NCBI GenBank assembly: GCA_963735805.1
Contig: CAVTMK010000002.1
Coordinates: 1,440,001 to 1,504,000 of the forward strand
DNA from: an uncultured Verrucomicrobiae bacterium
GTDB taxonomy: Bacteria; Verrucomicrobiota; Verrucomicrobiia; Chthoniobacterales; UBA10450
DNA: 64,000 nt
Direction: 5' to 3'
Shown: in pieces, positions 19,718-30,056 of the stretch
How the letters are laid out: each line of letters begins with the position of its first letter
How positions within the stretch are numbered: the stretch's first letter is position 1
Translations under genes and position numbers: made by a program
Notes under the pieces: model-generated
Databases searched by the model: none
Told to the model about the DNA's origin: nothing
What the model saw: the letters and a program-made list of their open reading frames with translations, nothing else

Positions 19718-20461
19718 ATGAGACTTGAAGGTAGCGTTGCCATTGTTACCGGCGCAGGGCGGGGGATTGGAGAAGCAATCGCTTTGCGACTGGCTCATGA
19801 GGGAGCGCGAGTCGCGTGTGTGAGTCGTACAGAAGCAAACGCTAAAAAGGTCGCCGATGAAATTAACGCAATTCGCGCGGATGCAGCGAAAGCCTATGCG
19901 GTGGATGTCGCGGATCACGCGGCCGTGCAAAAAAGCGGCGCGCAAATTCTCGGCGATTTTAGCAGGGTAGACATTTTGGTTAACAACGCTGGTGTTACCC
20001 GAGATGTGCTTGCTATGCGAATGTCGCTTGAGGATTGGGATTCAGTCGTTAACACAAATTTGCGGGGTGCGTTCAGTTTTACGCACGCGATTATTCGCGC
20101 CATGGTTAAACAACGTGGGGGCCGCATCATCAACATCAGTTCGGTGATCGGCTTGATGGGCAACGCAGGGCAGACAAATTACGCAGCCAGCAAAGCAGGC
20201 TTGATCGGTTTTACCAAGGCACTTGCCCGCGAATTGGCGAGCCGCAACATAACGGTAAATGCTGTCGCGCCGGGATTCATCACGACAGACATGACCTCCG
20301 GCCTTTCCGAGGAAATCAAGAATTCCATTCACTCAAAGATTCCGCTTGGCAAAACGGGTACGCCTGAAGACATCGCCAATGCAGTGGCGTTCCTCGCGTC
20401 TGCTGAAGCAAGTTATATCACCGGCCAGGTTTTGTGCGTAGATGGCGGAATTGTGATGTGA
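19718..20461 (+). CDS. fabG: 3-oxoacyl-ACP reductase
   Basis: TGAGRGIG, NNAGVTRD, GNAGQTNYAASKAG, VDGG. Confidence 0.95.
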   Translation: MRLEGSVAIVTGAGRGIGEAIALRLAHEGARVACVSRTEANAKKVADEINAIRADAAKAYAVDVADHAAVQKSGAQILGDFSRVDILVNNAGVTRDVLAMRMSLEDWDSVVNTNLRGAFSFTHAIIRAMVKQRGGRIINISSVIGLMGNAGQTNYAASKAGLIGFTKALARELASRNITVNAVAPGFITTDMTSGLSEEIKNSIHSKIPLGKTGTPEDIANAVAFLASAEASYITGQVLCVDGGIVM

Positions 20462-20473
20462 TGCACAGCTGCG

Positions 20474-20932
20474 CTACCTCGCAGCTTGCGCATCGCGCTG
20501 GATAATCGTGACGCGCCCCTCCGCGATAAGAGTATCGCCGGCTGAAATGCGACACTCGTAGACTGCGTTGGCCCCATCACCGAACAAGCGACTGGCACGA
20601 ACTTCGAGCGATGAATTGATGTCATCCAGACGAGTCGCGTGCAAACGCGCATCTCGAAGCGCGGCCAGATAACCGGGCGGCGCTGTCACACCAGCTGAAC
20701 GAGCCTGCAATCCGCCGTGGACTGCGGCCGCCTGCGCGCCGTATTCGAAAGCATGCACGGCAGATAGATGTCCGTCGCGACGTAAAGGATTAGTGGGTTC
20801 ACGGTGCGTGCGAGTCACGCATCGAATGGATCGATCATCCCATTGAGCCACCTCGTCCAACAAACACATCTCGCCGGAGTGAGGAATCAATTTGCGGATT
20901 TCTGCTTTGTTGATCGGAATCTCGTTACCCAT
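20474..20932 (-). CDS. Hotdog-fold dehydratase partner (ApeP/xanthomonadin-cluster-like)
   Basis: LIPHSGEMCLLD, HREPTNPLR, EYGAQAAAVHGG. Confidence 0.8.
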   Translation of the reverse strand: MGNEIPINKAEIRKLIPHSGEMCLLDEVAQWDDRSIRCVTRTHREPTNPLRRDGHLSAVHAFEYGAQAAAVHGGLQARSAGVTAPPGYLAALRDARLHATRLDDINSSLEVRASRLFGDGANAVYECRISAGDTLIAEGRVTIIQRDAQAAR

Positions 20933-21034
20933 TAGGAAAACAGTGATTCGTTACAATGTTACGGCCGTCGGAAAACTCTCATGATTCCTGACTGGTAATT
21001 CATGTTTCGATCTGGCGATCTCACTGTGTACAAT

Positions 21035-21970
21035 TTAACGCGACGAAGCCTGGTTCCAAAACGGATAAAAGTTGAACCAGTTATAAGGGGCTGTGCGCGC
21101 GTAATGCTCCAACCGTTCCGCATAGCGTTGCATCCAGAGCTGAATCTGCTCAGCGCGATGATCTCGATCCAAAGTAATCTCGTCGGCAAAATGTTCGAAG
21201 TGAATTTCGTAACGGTTCCCACCGCGGTGGAGACCAAAAAACAAGATAACCGGACAATGCGTCATGGCGGCAAGCACGATTGGACCAACCGGGAACGCGG
21301 CTGGCTTACCAAGGAATTGGCATTTGGTTGTCTTATCGCCGCTCGATACTCGGTCGCCTAACGTTCCGACGAAGTACCCCGCATCCAAACTTTCTTTAAC
21401 TGTGAGCAATGTTTCCGCCCTGTCGGGCGCAATTACCGTGCTGGCAATCACCGGGTTCAGCGCATCAAGGAAGCGGGTGATGTTTTGGTTGTGCGTCGGA
21501 TCCATTAAAACCTTGACCGGAAAGTTTCGTTGCATCACACCCAGAGCTCTCAACACTTCGAAGCTGCCCAAATGTGAGCCCAGGAGAATGCATCCTTTTC
21601 CGCTTTCCATTCGGCGATGCGGGATTTCCTTGCCATTCAGCCGCACGTCAAAGCGCTGAAACTCCCCACGCAAGAGGTAAAGGCGATCCAGAATTGTTGC
21701 CGCGAAGCAATGAAAATGGCGAACGACGTGCCACCAGTGCGCCGGGTGACCATGGATTTGCTTCAGGTATTCATACGAGGTTCGGCGGGCCGCGCCTGCG
21801 GTAATTACAAAATACAGTGTGACCGGATAGAGCAGCAGTCTCGCCGCCCATCGCCCGATGTGCGTCGCGATCCACGCCAGTAACCGCAGCGAAGTAGGCG
21901 TCCCGCGCTCTGGCAAGGCCGTCCAATGTTCCGCCGCGGAGGTTTTGGTCTCCAGGAGTTCCAAGATCAT
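21035..21970 (-). CDS. LpxL/LpxP-like acyltransferase of the aryl-polyene/xanthomonadin-cluster type
   Basis: ERG N-terminal motif, GSHLGSFE, LGDR, PYNWFNFYPFW; TAATG overlap with upstream gene. Confidence 0.85.
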   Translation of the reverse strand: MILELLETKTSAAEHWTALPERGTPTSLRLLAWIATHIGRWAARLLLYPVTLYFVITAGAARRTSYEYLKQIHGHPAHWWHVVRHFHCFAATILDRLYLLRGEFQRFDVRLNGKEIPHRRMESGKGCILLGSHLGSFEVLRALGVMQRNFPVKVLMDPTHNQNITRFLDALNPVIASTVIAPDRAETLLTVKESLDAGYFVGTLGDRVSSGDKTTKCQFLGKPAAFPVGPIVLAAMTHCPVILFFGLHRGGNRYEIHFEHFADEITLDRDHRAEQIQLWMQRYAERLEHYARTAPYNWFNFYPFWNQASSR

Positions 21971-23205
21971 TAGTTCGGGATGACGTTCTGTCCGCAAATG
22001 GCGCCGGTAAAGAAGTGCGGATAGATTTCGCGAATGCGATCAATGTCCGGCACGACTCCGGGCCGCTGAAAGCCTGCGCGAGTAAACGCGCGTCGCCACT
22101 GTTCTGCAGTCAAGAAACCTGGGTTCGGTCGAATCTCAGGATCGATCTGGACATTGGTAAAACTCTCCAGGATCTGAAACATCAGCTCGGGATAAATCGG
22201 CTGATTAGGATACGGCCGCAGGCATTCACCGATTACGAGCCAGCCATCGTGGGCCAGAGCCGAGCGTGCTTCCTTCAAGCTAAATAGGAGATCGTTGGAG
22301 ATATGCATTACATTAACGGCATATACCAGATCGAATTCACCCGCGCCGATGCCTTGGTTGCTCCAGGGCAAATCGAGATTGAGCGCGGCCCATTCGAGCG
22401 GAAGGTCAGGGTATTGTTTTGCGAGTTTTCGCTGGCTGCATCGCGTAAAGAACGCGTTCGGCTCCGTGACGAGGTAACGTTCAATCCGTGGCAAAATTCC
22501 GCGTTCGTCAAACAAGCGTAGCAAGATTTCGCTGGCGCTGCCAGGGCCGGCCCCAACTTCTAAAATCCGAAGTGTGCGTTGACTGGAGACGCACTCGGCG
22601 GCCAGTGCCGCGCCAATCCAATTATTCACGGCATAGGTTGAATTGTCGTTGTGAAAATAATTCAGCCATAGCGGTACGCCTTGGGGACTGAGCAAATTGC
22701 GGTCAGCGCTTTGTTCGCCCTTAGCGACCGCCGGATAGAGACTCGCGGCGTGATCCAGTAAATCCAGGGTGGCCGCGTTTGCGGGATCGATTTGCAGACC
22801 TGCGGCGCGCAGGTTTTCGAGATTGGGCAACTTGGGTGTGTGTCGCAGAAGGTATATGCGAGTGTCCCCCTCGGTCCGTGCCTCGACACAATCGATTTCG
22901 ACCAGGCGCTCAAGGATCCAATGTAAGGCGAACTTGAAGGAGCGCTGAAAGGAAAGGAGGCGACCCAAGTCATCGACCGACCGCCAGTGGCTGAGGTGAT
23001 CGATCACCTTCAACCGGCGCGCGAGATCGATAGCCATCTCGACGCTGTAAAGTTCCAAAAGTTCCATACTTTCATAAAGTCGTTCACTGAACACAGGCGG
23101 TGGATATTTCTTCAGATATTCAGCCAGGCGTGGATCGCTTGGCTGTACCTTAAACGTTTGCGCGTCTGAGAGTGGCGCGTTCACGAAGTCACCCTGGTCT
23201 TGCAA
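21970..23205 (-). CDS. Stand-alone PKS-type SAM-dependent methyltransferase
   Basis: LRILEVGAGPGS, FDLVYAVNVMH, GWLVIGE, EQW...AGF resemble PKS C-methyltransferase domains. Confidence 0.8.
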   Translation of the reverse strand: MQDQGDFVNAPLSDAQTFKVQPSDPRLAEYLKKYPPPVFSERLYESMELLELYSVEMAIDLARRLKVIDHLSHWRSVDDLGRLLSFQRSFKFALHWILERLVEIDCVEARTEGDTRIYLLRHTPKLPNLENLRAAGLQIDPANAATLDLLDHAASLYPAVAKGEQSADRNLLSPQGVPLWLNYFHNDNSTYAVNNWIGAALAAECVSSQRTLRILEVGAGPGSASEILLRLFDERGILPRIERYLVTEPNAFFTRCSQRKLAKQYPDLPLEWAALNLDLPWSNQGIGAGEFDLVYAVNVMHISNDLLFSLKEARSALAHDGWLVIGECLRPYPNQPIYPELMFQILESFTNVQIDPEIRPNPGFLTAEQWRRAFTRAGFQRPGVVPDIDRIREIYPHFFTGAICGQNVIPN

Positions 23206-23501
23206 TAAACTTCAAGTTGGCCTTCAACTATTACGCGGTCTTCGATGCGGCAGCAAAAATTGACTTGGCTTGCGTCATCATTGCTGGAGGACAAGCAGAT
23301 CGTGAAGGGTTGCTCGGGCTTGAGTGGTTGCAGAAACTTGACCGTCCGAATCGCGGTAAGCCGGCAGTCTTTGTTCCAGCCATGCAATGCCGCGAGAACT
23401 TCGTCGAGGATCAAAACGCCCGGCACTAGAGGCGCCTCTGGAAAATGTCCTGGCAAGCTGGGATGATCGGCTGTAACCGCGCGACGCACTTCAAAGGTCA
23501 T
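23181..23501 (-). CDS. FabZ/ApeI-like 3-hydroxyacyl-ACP dehydratase
   Basis: HPSLPGHFPEAPLVPGVLILD, VKFLQPLKP. Confidence 0.85.
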   Translation of the reverse strand: MTFEVRRAVTADHPSLPGHFPEAPLVPGVLILDEVLAALHGWNKDCRLTAIRTVKFLQPLKPEQPFTICLSSSNDDASQVNFCCRIEDRVIVEGQLEVYCKTRVTS

Positions 23502-23575
23502 TTCAGCGAAGTCTTCCTCAGGCCGGCAACTCCAGCAACCCCGCCCATTCTTACAGGAGCTCGCCGTCGTCGTAA

Positions 23576-24904
23576 TTAAATGTGCTGATGCTTGGCAACG
23601 GACGGTGAGTTGTCGATGCTGCCCCTGACCAACTTTTCCGCCCCGGCGTCAGATGTACGCTTCGTACGCGCAGGTAAACCAAATCGATCGCAATAGCCTG
23701 CGAATCGAACGGCACTGTCCTCTTCCTGCACACCAAACTGTGAAAGGTCATATCGATGAAGACCATTTCGTTCCTGCAACTCGTTTGCCAGCGCGTGGTG
23801 CATCCGTTGTTCTACTTTTTTCGACAATAACCAACCGAAGTGCGCATAAATACGTCGCACCGCAGCGAGAGGATCGCGACGAATTTCTGCATAATTTACA
23901 TCGCAAATTCGACGCTCCGGCAATTGATCCCGTTCCTGCAGAAATCTATCCAGTGTTTTCGACCAGTAATCGATCGCCTCGCGGCAAACGGTGAGTGGCT
24001 CGACCGCATCGCTAAACACACGCCGAAGAATGGTTATCAGACTGGATACCGAGGCCATGGCATCGAGTGGCGCGCGATGGGTCTGAACGAAAATTGCATC
24101 AGGGTAAACAGCAAGAAGAGTCGGCAAGGCAAACATGTGCGTTGGGGCCTTGAGCACCCAACGCCCGGCGCTCCGCCGCACTTGCAAATGCTGAAGGAAG
24201 TGGCGGTGATATTCGTACATCGGTCGTAAATCCTGGCGAAAGAACCAGGCTCGGTACGAAGGCACATAATACATCGCATCAAACTGGTCACTCATAAAGG
24301 TTGGCGCCATGAGACCGACACATTCTTGCGGAAGCTCTGCACCGACAGGGTGCACGTGGCGAAACGTGGGCGCGAGCCAATTGAAGCAATTACAACTGGT
24401 AATTGCTTGTTGAATTCGTCGTTTCTCGTTATCTCCAGAAGGAGGGGATGGCGTCATGACTTCCCAGGTCAGGGGAACCCGGTGCCCGGGATCCAAGGCG
24501 AGCAAGGTGTGCAACAAAGTCGTGCCGCTGCGTGGCAAACCAACGATGAAGAGCGGTTCGCGAATCTCCTGCCGCACAATGGTTGCATACGCCCGTCGAT
24601 CGCGTTGCATGGACAGACGTGAACACAAAATGCGGACGAGATCGGCCCGAATGACAATTCTTCCAATCAAATTGAGTCGGGACTCGCGCTGGCACGAATC
24701 GAGCAACCGTGACAGACCTTCGAAAAAGTCGCCCTCTCCAAAATCATCCAGGCCGCAACGCCGCTTGGCCGTCTCGATCAAATCAGCTGCCCTAAGAGAT
24801 GTGCGGGGAATCCGTGTTTTGTCTAATAAGGCGCCGCAGCCATTGAGAAGCCGGACGGGAAAGGTTGGACGAGCCTGATCGAGAGTCGTGACGGAGGAAT
24901 TCAT
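23576..24904 (-). CDS. PAPS-dependent sulfotransferase
   Basis: FIVGLPRSGTTLLH (5'-PSB loop), WVLKAPTH, THRAP...SVSS. Confidence 0.9.
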   Translation of the reverse strand: MNSSVTTLDQARPTFPVRLLNGCGALLDKTRIPRTSLRAADLIETAKRRCGLDDFGEGDFFEGLSRLLDSCQRESRLNLIGRIVIRADLVRILCSRLSMQRDRRAYATIVRQEIREPLFIVGLPRSGTTLLHTLLALDPGHRVPLTWEVMTPSPPSGDNEKRRIQQAITSCNCFNWLAPTFRHVHPVGAELPQECVGLMAPTFMSDQFDAMYYVPSYRAWFFRQDLRPMYEYHRHFLQHLQVRRSAGRWVLKAPTHMFALPTLLAVYPDAIFVQTHRAPLDAMASVSSLITILRRVFSDAVEPLTVCREAIDYWSKTLDRFLQERDQLPERRICDVNYAEIRRDPLAAVRRIYAHFGWLLSKKVEQRMHHALANELQERNGLHRYDLSQFGVQEEDSAVRFAGYCDRFGLPARTKRTSDAGAEKLVRGSIDNSPSVAKHQHI

Positions 24905-25053
24905 TCAATAAAAGATTGCCCGCTGTTCTGCCAGATTCGGCAACCGTTGGCTACAAAGACTTTAGGCCAATATGAACATCATGAAGAGATCCAGGCAATA
25001 TCAACATTCCCGGACGGTTGCACTCTTCTCACAATCATTCCATTTTTCTTGTA

Positions 25054-25530
25054 ATGAAAACAGAGAAAGCAACGTTTGGCGCAGGCTGTTTTTGGGGTGT
25101 CGAAGAAACTTTCCGTAATTTGAAAGGCGTTGTGTCCACTGCGGTCGGCTACGCTGGCGGAACAAAAGAGAATCCGACATACGAAGATGTCTGCACTGAC
25201 AAAAGCGGGCACGCCGAGGTTGTGGAAGTGGAATTCGATCCATCGCAAATCAAGTATGATGAACTTTTGGACGTTTTCTGGTCTAACCACAATCCTACAA
25301 CGATGAACCGCCAGGGACCGGACGTAGGAACGCAATATCGTTCAGTGATTTTTTATCATTCGCCCGAGCAAAAATCGGCCGCGGAAGCATCCAGGGGAAA
25401 GATCGATATGAGCGGGCGTTTCCGCCAGCCTGTGGCAACGCAAATTGAACCGGCGCCGAATTTTTGGCGGGCGGAAGAATATCATCAGCGTTATCTGCAA
25501 AAGCGCGGGAAGTCACATTGCGCAATCTGA
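25054..25530 (+). CDS. msrA: Peptide methionine sulfoxide reductase A
   Basis: [33 protein letters not shown]. Confidence 0.97.
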   Translation: MKTEKATFGAGCFWGVEETFRNLKGVVSTAVGYAGGTKENPTYEDVCTDKSGHAEVVEVEFDPSQIKYDELLDVFWSNHNPTTMNRQGPDVGTQYRSVIFYHSPEQKSAAEASRGKIDMSGRFRQPVATQIEPAPNFWRAEEYHQRYLQKRGKSHCAI

Positions 25531-25544
25531 CTTTTTAAGCGCGA

Positions 25545-26237
25545 ATGAATCGCCAGGTAATTCGAAGCAGGAATTTCGCTGTAGACGCAGCAGGCTTCAT
25601 TCTTGATCGGGCGCACAAAGCCCTTGCCGAACGCAACGAATTCCGGATTGCGCTTTCGGGCGGGAACACACCCGTACCGATTTACAGGCGACTCGCCGTA
25701 ATCGGGCGTGATCTGCCATGGGACTTGGCGCGAATTACATTTGGCGACGAGCGTTGCGTTCCTCCGGATGATCGTCAGAGCAACTTCAGAATGGCTAAGG
25801 AAACTCTTCTGACGCCTGCAGCAGTTCCTGAAAAATCAATCCTGCGCATGCGCGGTGAAATCGATCCACAAATCGCTGCCCAGGAATACCAGGATCAACT
25901 CGACCTTATGGCCACACAGCAAGGCGAGCCGATTTACCGGCATGATCTGATTCTTCTGGGTCTTGGGGAAGATGGACACACCGCGTCGCTTTTTCCTGGA
26001 ACTGTCGCTTTGGATGAAACAATCAGGCGAGTCGATGCAAACTTTGTGCCAAAGTTAGATGCCTGGCGATTGACATTCACGTTCCCCTTGATCAATCACG
26101 CGCGGCATGTCTGTTTCCTGGTTGGCGCGAAGAAAAACGCCGATTTGATCGAGCGCGTCCTGGAAGGTGATCCGCAATTTCCAGCCTCAAGAGTACATCC
26201 ATTCGCTGGAGATACCACATGGATTATCGGAGAATGA
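25545..26237 (+). CDS. pgl: 6-phosphogluconolactonase
   Basis: ALSGGNTP, GDERCVP...SNF, LGLGEDGHTASLFP. Confidence 0.95.
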   Translation: MNRQVIRSRNFAVDAAGFILDRAHKALAERNEFRIALSGGNTPVPIYRRLAVIGRDLPWDLARITFGDERCVPPDDRQSNFRMAKETLLTPAAVPEKSILRMRGEIDPQIAAQEYQDQLDLMATQQGEPIYRHDLILLGLGEDGHTASLFPGTVALDETIRRVDANFVPKLDAWRLTFTFPLINHARHVCFLVGAKKNADLIERVLEGDPQFPASRVHPFAGDTTWIIGE

Positions 26238-26307
26238 TTTTCGAGAGCCCGTAATTCGAGAGGCGAGATTCGCGAATCGATTCACGATTCGACGACGTGA
26301 CGCTTTC

Positions 26308-26721
26308 TCAGTACTCTTCGCCCTCGTCTTCTCTCGGTGGCGCCACGCGATCATCCACCGCGTACGCATGAAGCATTACCGCGAGAAGGTAAAAGAAAAA
26401 GAGGCCGAGTCCCCAGCCGGCAGACGCGAACGCCGCCAGCAGCACAAAGATCCCGACTGGGATTGCACCAAACATCCAAAGGAAGCCTGCAAGCTTGTGT
26501 CCTTTGTAAATATGTCCCAAACCGGGAATGATACTGAAGATAACGGCAATGGCGTCGCTTGCTTTGCCCTCTGCCGTTTCAGCCGCGCCACGTGTCCAAT
26601 CACATCGGTCGCAGCTTTGGGCATCCTTTGGCAGGAGGTGTCCACAGTAGGGACAGGGCATCTTATCGCCCGTGGTCGGTTGAGACTGTGTGGCCGGTGC
26701 GTCTGTGTAATCTACACTCAT
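26308..26721 (-). CDS. Zinc-ribbon membrane protein
   Basis: CPYC...CDRC followed by SIIPGLGHIY and TM helices. Confidence 0.7.
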   Translation of the reverse strand: MSVDYTDAPATQSQPTTGDKMPCPYCGHLLPKDAQSCDRCDWTRGAAETAEGKASDAIAVIFSIIPGLGHIYKGHKLAGFLWMFGAIPVGIFVLLAAFASAGWGLGLFFFYLLAVMLHAYAVDDRVAPPREDEGEEY

Positions 26722-26815
26722 TTCAATCCCTCAAGGTTCACAAGACAGTCTGAATTCGTCAAGCAAACTTGCAGTTGGCCGCGACAGCGCGCTTCGGTAA
26801 AATCCTGTCAAAGGA

Positions 26816-27733
26816 TTGAAAGCGGCGCTTCTTCTTTTCCTCGGATTTTCCACGCAAGCTTTAGGGGCGGGGCTCAATTCCTATGCCGATCTGATTGCAA
26901 AGGACTCCGGCGCAAAGCCACGCGAGAGAGTGCGCGTGACCTACCTCGGGACGAATGGTTACCAGTTCGAATTCCAAGGGCACGCACTACTGGTTGATCC
27001 TTATTTTTCGCGCGTGAATCTTCCAAGTGTCGCACTTGGTTCGCGTCTTCAGCCGGACATGCCTCGCATTGCAGAGGGCCTCCGACATCTCGCGCCCAGG
27101 ACGGATGCGGTACTGGTTACGCATGGGCACTTCGACCATCTGCTTGACGTTCCGATTGTAATGGCGAAAACCCGGGCGCGGCTTATTGCTTCCGCCTCTG
27201 CCGTCGATCTCGCGAAACGCGCGGGCGCTTCATCCGGCGATGTGGTAACCGCCGGAGAGATTCGGCGTATTGGTCCATGGAAGATTCACGTGTTGCCTGC
27301 TACGCATGATCGGTTTTTTGGAAAAGTGCCTTTTGATCAGCGTGAACTGCCCGGTTCTGGTCCACCGCAGCATCCAGCCGATTGGATTTGTGGTGAGCCG
27401 CTGGCGTTTCTGGTCGAAGCCGGTGGCCAGCGTATTTATATCGATTCCGGGGGAACACTTGCGCAATTGCCACCCCAGGAAGGCGTTGACCTTGCAATTT
27501 TGGGTATGGCGCTGCCAGATTCACGCGCACGTCTGCCCGACGCACTCAAACGTTTACAGCCGCGCTATATTTTGCCGAGTCATCAAGATAATTTCTTTTT
27601 GTCGTTGGACGCTGGGTTTCAATTCGGACCGCTTACGGATTTCCCGCGGGTGCGCCGCGACTGCGAACGAGCAAATCGCGGCCGCCTAATTCTGCTCGAT
27701 TATTTTCAACCATGGACGCTGCCCAAAAAGTGA
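26816..27733 (+). CDS. MBL-fold metallo-hydrolase, probably exported
   Basis: LVDPYF, THGHFDH, PSHQD; signal-like N-terminus. Confidence 0.88.
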   Translation: MKAALLLFLGFSTQALGAGLNSYADLIAKDSGAKPRERVRVTYLGTNGYQFEFQGHALLVDPYFSRVNLPSVALGSRLQPDMPRIAEGLRHLAPRTDAVLVTHGHFDHLLDVPIVMAKTRARLIASASAVDLAKRAGASSGDVVTAGEIRRIGPWKIHVLPATHDRFFGKVPFDQRELPGSGPPQHPADWICGEPLAFLVEAGGQRIYIDSGGTLAQLPPQEGVDLAILGMALPDSRARLPDALKRLQPRYILPSHQDNFFLSLDAGFQFGPLTDFPRVRRDCERANRGRLILLDYFQPWTLPKK

Positions 27734-29271
27734 CTTCGTCGCGCGAACGTTACGGTCTGTTACTGACCGCGCTCGCTCCATTGGTTCCGCAAATCCTCGG
27801 AAGTGCGTTCAACATTTGGTACAACACAACTGTTATTGAGCCCTTGCTTGTTTCGCCTGGCTTGAAGCAGCGTTTCTTCGAGACGGTCATCGTTTACAAC
27901 GTTGTAGCTTATCCGATCGGCATTTTCCTGTGGGTCAGACGCATCTTCTCGTTTCGGGGACTATTCCGTCGACTTGCCGAAGGATCATCCATCGATTCTG
28001 CGTCACTTGTAAGAGCGCGCCGCCGTCTGATTCATCTGCCATGGTTTGCGGCAGTGATTTGCGGTGTCGCCTGGTTTTTGTGCATTCCTGTTTTTATTGG
28101 TGCGCTCCTACAGGTTCAAAATCCACTGGATCCGCGATTGCTCGTGCATTTGCCGATTTCATTTTGCGTTTCCGGGTTTATTGCAGTCACGCATTCATTC
28201 TTCCTGGTCGAACTGGCGAGTCACTGGGGATTGTTTCCTGTTTTCTTCCGGGGTGAGCGTGCCGACCTTACGCCGAATGTCTTTACACTTTCGCTGCGCG
28301 GTCGCGGAATCTTGTGGGCTGTATCCGCGTCGGTCTGTCCCATAGCTTCGCTTTTGTTGCTGATGCTTGCGCCGCGGTCGCCGACGATTAATGCGGAATG
28401 GTTTGCTGTTTTCGTGGGCGTAGTCGGTATCGCATTCGGAATTTTCACAGCACTGATGATGAGCTGGCTGGTTGCGAAACCGATCGATCAATTGCGCATT
28501 GCTGCCGACGCCGTCTCGCGTGGAAAGTTCGATGTCGATCTCGGCGTGACCCGGGCGGATGAATTTGGGCGGTTACTTGGGGAATTCGAGCAGATGGTCC
28601 GTGAGCTTAGAGACAAGGAGAAATTAAGGCAGACCTTTGGCTTGCACGTCGGCAAGCGGGCAGCCGATCAAATACTGGCGCGCGATCCGGGACTCAGTGG
28701 CGTTCAAGAAGAGGTCACCATCATGTTTGTGGATATGCGCTCGTGGACAGCACGGACGAGCGTGTCGGCTCCGGCTGACATTGTGGAGGTGATGAATGAT
28801 TTTTTCCGGGTGACAGTCCGCGTCGTCGAGGAAGAACATTGCGGGATGGTTAACAAATATTTGGGTGACGGATTCATGGCGATTTTCGGCGCCGGCGACT
28901 CGGCCTCCAATCACGCCGGCGATGCAGTTGCTGCTGGCCGAGAAATCCTGGCCGCGGTAAAAGAGCTCAACACCGACCTTGTGGTAAAAGGTCACGCACC
29001 GATCCAAATCGGGATCGGAATCCATTCAGGGCCGGCGATCATAGGCAGCATCGGTTCGCCGCAAAGACTCGAGTTCACTGCCATTGGAAATACGGTGAAT
29101 ATTGCTTCACGTATGCAAGGGCTGACGAAGGTGGTGGGAAGACCGCTGCTTGTGACGGCAGCGGTGCGAAACAGCTCAGGTGACTTGTCCAGCTTCGAGG
29201 AACTGCCACCACAGGAAGTCCGTGGAATCGATGGGCGACTGTCGATCTTCACTGTGAGATACGAAACATAA
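27730..29271 (+). CDS. Membrane-bound HAMP-domain class III adenylate/guanylate cyclase
   Basis: TMs, HAMP (RADEFGRL), MFVDMRSWT, KYLGDGFMAIFGA, IGNTVNIASR; GTG at 27730 overlaps the MBL stop. Confidence 0.92.
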   Translation: MTSSRERYGLLLTALAPLVPQILGSAFNIWYNTTVIEPLLVSPGLKQRFFETVIVYNVVAYPIGIFLWVRRIFSFRGLFRRLAEGSSIDSASLVRARRRLIHLPWFAAVICGVAWFLCIPVFIGALLQVQNPLDPRLLVHLPISFCVSGFIAVTHSFFLVELASHWGLFPVFFRGERADLTPNVFTLSLRGRGILWAVSASVCPIASLLLLMLAPRSPTINAEWFAVFVGVVGIAFGIFTALMMSWLVAKPIDQLRIAADAVSRGKFDVDLGVTRADEFGRLLGEFEQMVRELRDKEKLRQTFGLHVGKRAADQILARDPGLSGVQEEVTIMFVDMRSWTARTSVSAPADIVEVMNDFFRVTVRVVEEEHCGMVNKYLGDGFMAIFGAGDSASNHAGDAVAAGREILAAVKELNTDLVVKGHAPIQIGIGIHSGPAIIGSIGSPQRLEFTAIGNTVNIASRMQGLTKVVGRPLLVTAAVRNSSGDLSSFEELPPQEVRGIDGRLSIFTVRYET

Positions 29272-29274
29272 ATT

Positions 29275-30030
29275 ATGGCGTTGCTCTCTAAGATTGTTAA
29301 GTATACGAATGATTTTCTGCGCATTCGTGAAATAGACGATTGGGACAACGCGCTCAATGGTCTGCAGATCGAAAACTCGGGAGGCATTACTAAAATCGGA
29401 GCAGCTGTTGACGCTTCGACCCGGGTTTTGGAAGCCGCAGCAAAACAGAACGTCGATCTTGTGATCGTGCATCACGGTTTGTTTTGGCCGGGCCTGCAAC
29501 CGGTGACTGGCGTGTTGAGTCGGCAACTAAACCTGGCCTTTAAAAACAACATCGCGCTTTACAGCGCACATCTGCCGCTGGATTTACATCCCAGGGTTGG
29601 TAACAACGCCCAGCTCGCAGCGGCTCTCAGACTTGGATCGAATCAGCCGTTCTTTGAAGAAAAGGGTCAAAAGATTGGCCTAAAGGGGCGCGCTTCGATC
29701 CCGCGTGATGAACTCGATAGGAAATTGCAAAAAGCACTCGGCGGTCCTGTAAAAGTCTTCATGTTTGGTCCGAAAAAGACTGGAACAATCGGGATCATTA
29801 CCGGCGGCGCCGGTTCGGAGATCTATAAGGTTGCTCAAGAGGGGATCGACACATTTATCACAGGCGAAGCGCCACATTGGGCAGCGGTAGCTGCCGACGA
29901 ACTTGGAATGAATCTGCTGCTCGGTGGACATTATGCCACCGAGGTTTTCGGCGTAAAAGCGCTGGCGTTGCATTTGTCCAAAAAATTCAAAATTCCCTGG
30001 ACCTTCATCGATTTCCCAACGGGAATGTGA
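29275..30030 (+). CDS. Nif3-like (YbgI) dinuclear metal protein
   Basis: NGLQ, VHHGLFW, HLPLDLH...GNN, GGHYATE. Confidence 0.93.
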   Translation: MALLSKIVKYTNDFLRIREIDDWDNALNGLQIENSGGITKIGAAVDASTRVLEAAAKQNVDLVIVHHGLFWPGLQPVTGVLSRQLNLAFKNNIALYSAHLPLDLHPRVGNNAQLAAALRLGSNQPFFEEKGQKIGLKGRASIPRDELDRKLQKALGGPVKVFMFGPKKTGTIGIITGGAGSEIYKVAQEGIDTFITGEAPHWAAVAADELGMNLLLGGHYATEVFGVKALALHLSKKFKIPWTFIDFPTGM

Positions 30031-30056
30031 GAGACGATCCGAGTGGCGAAGCCCGA

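Noticed and set aside
29275..30030. Nif3/YbgI as a third 'GTP cyclohydrolase I type 2' in the pterin story
   Set aside because: That label for the family is regarded as unsupported, and the gene is far from the pterin locus.
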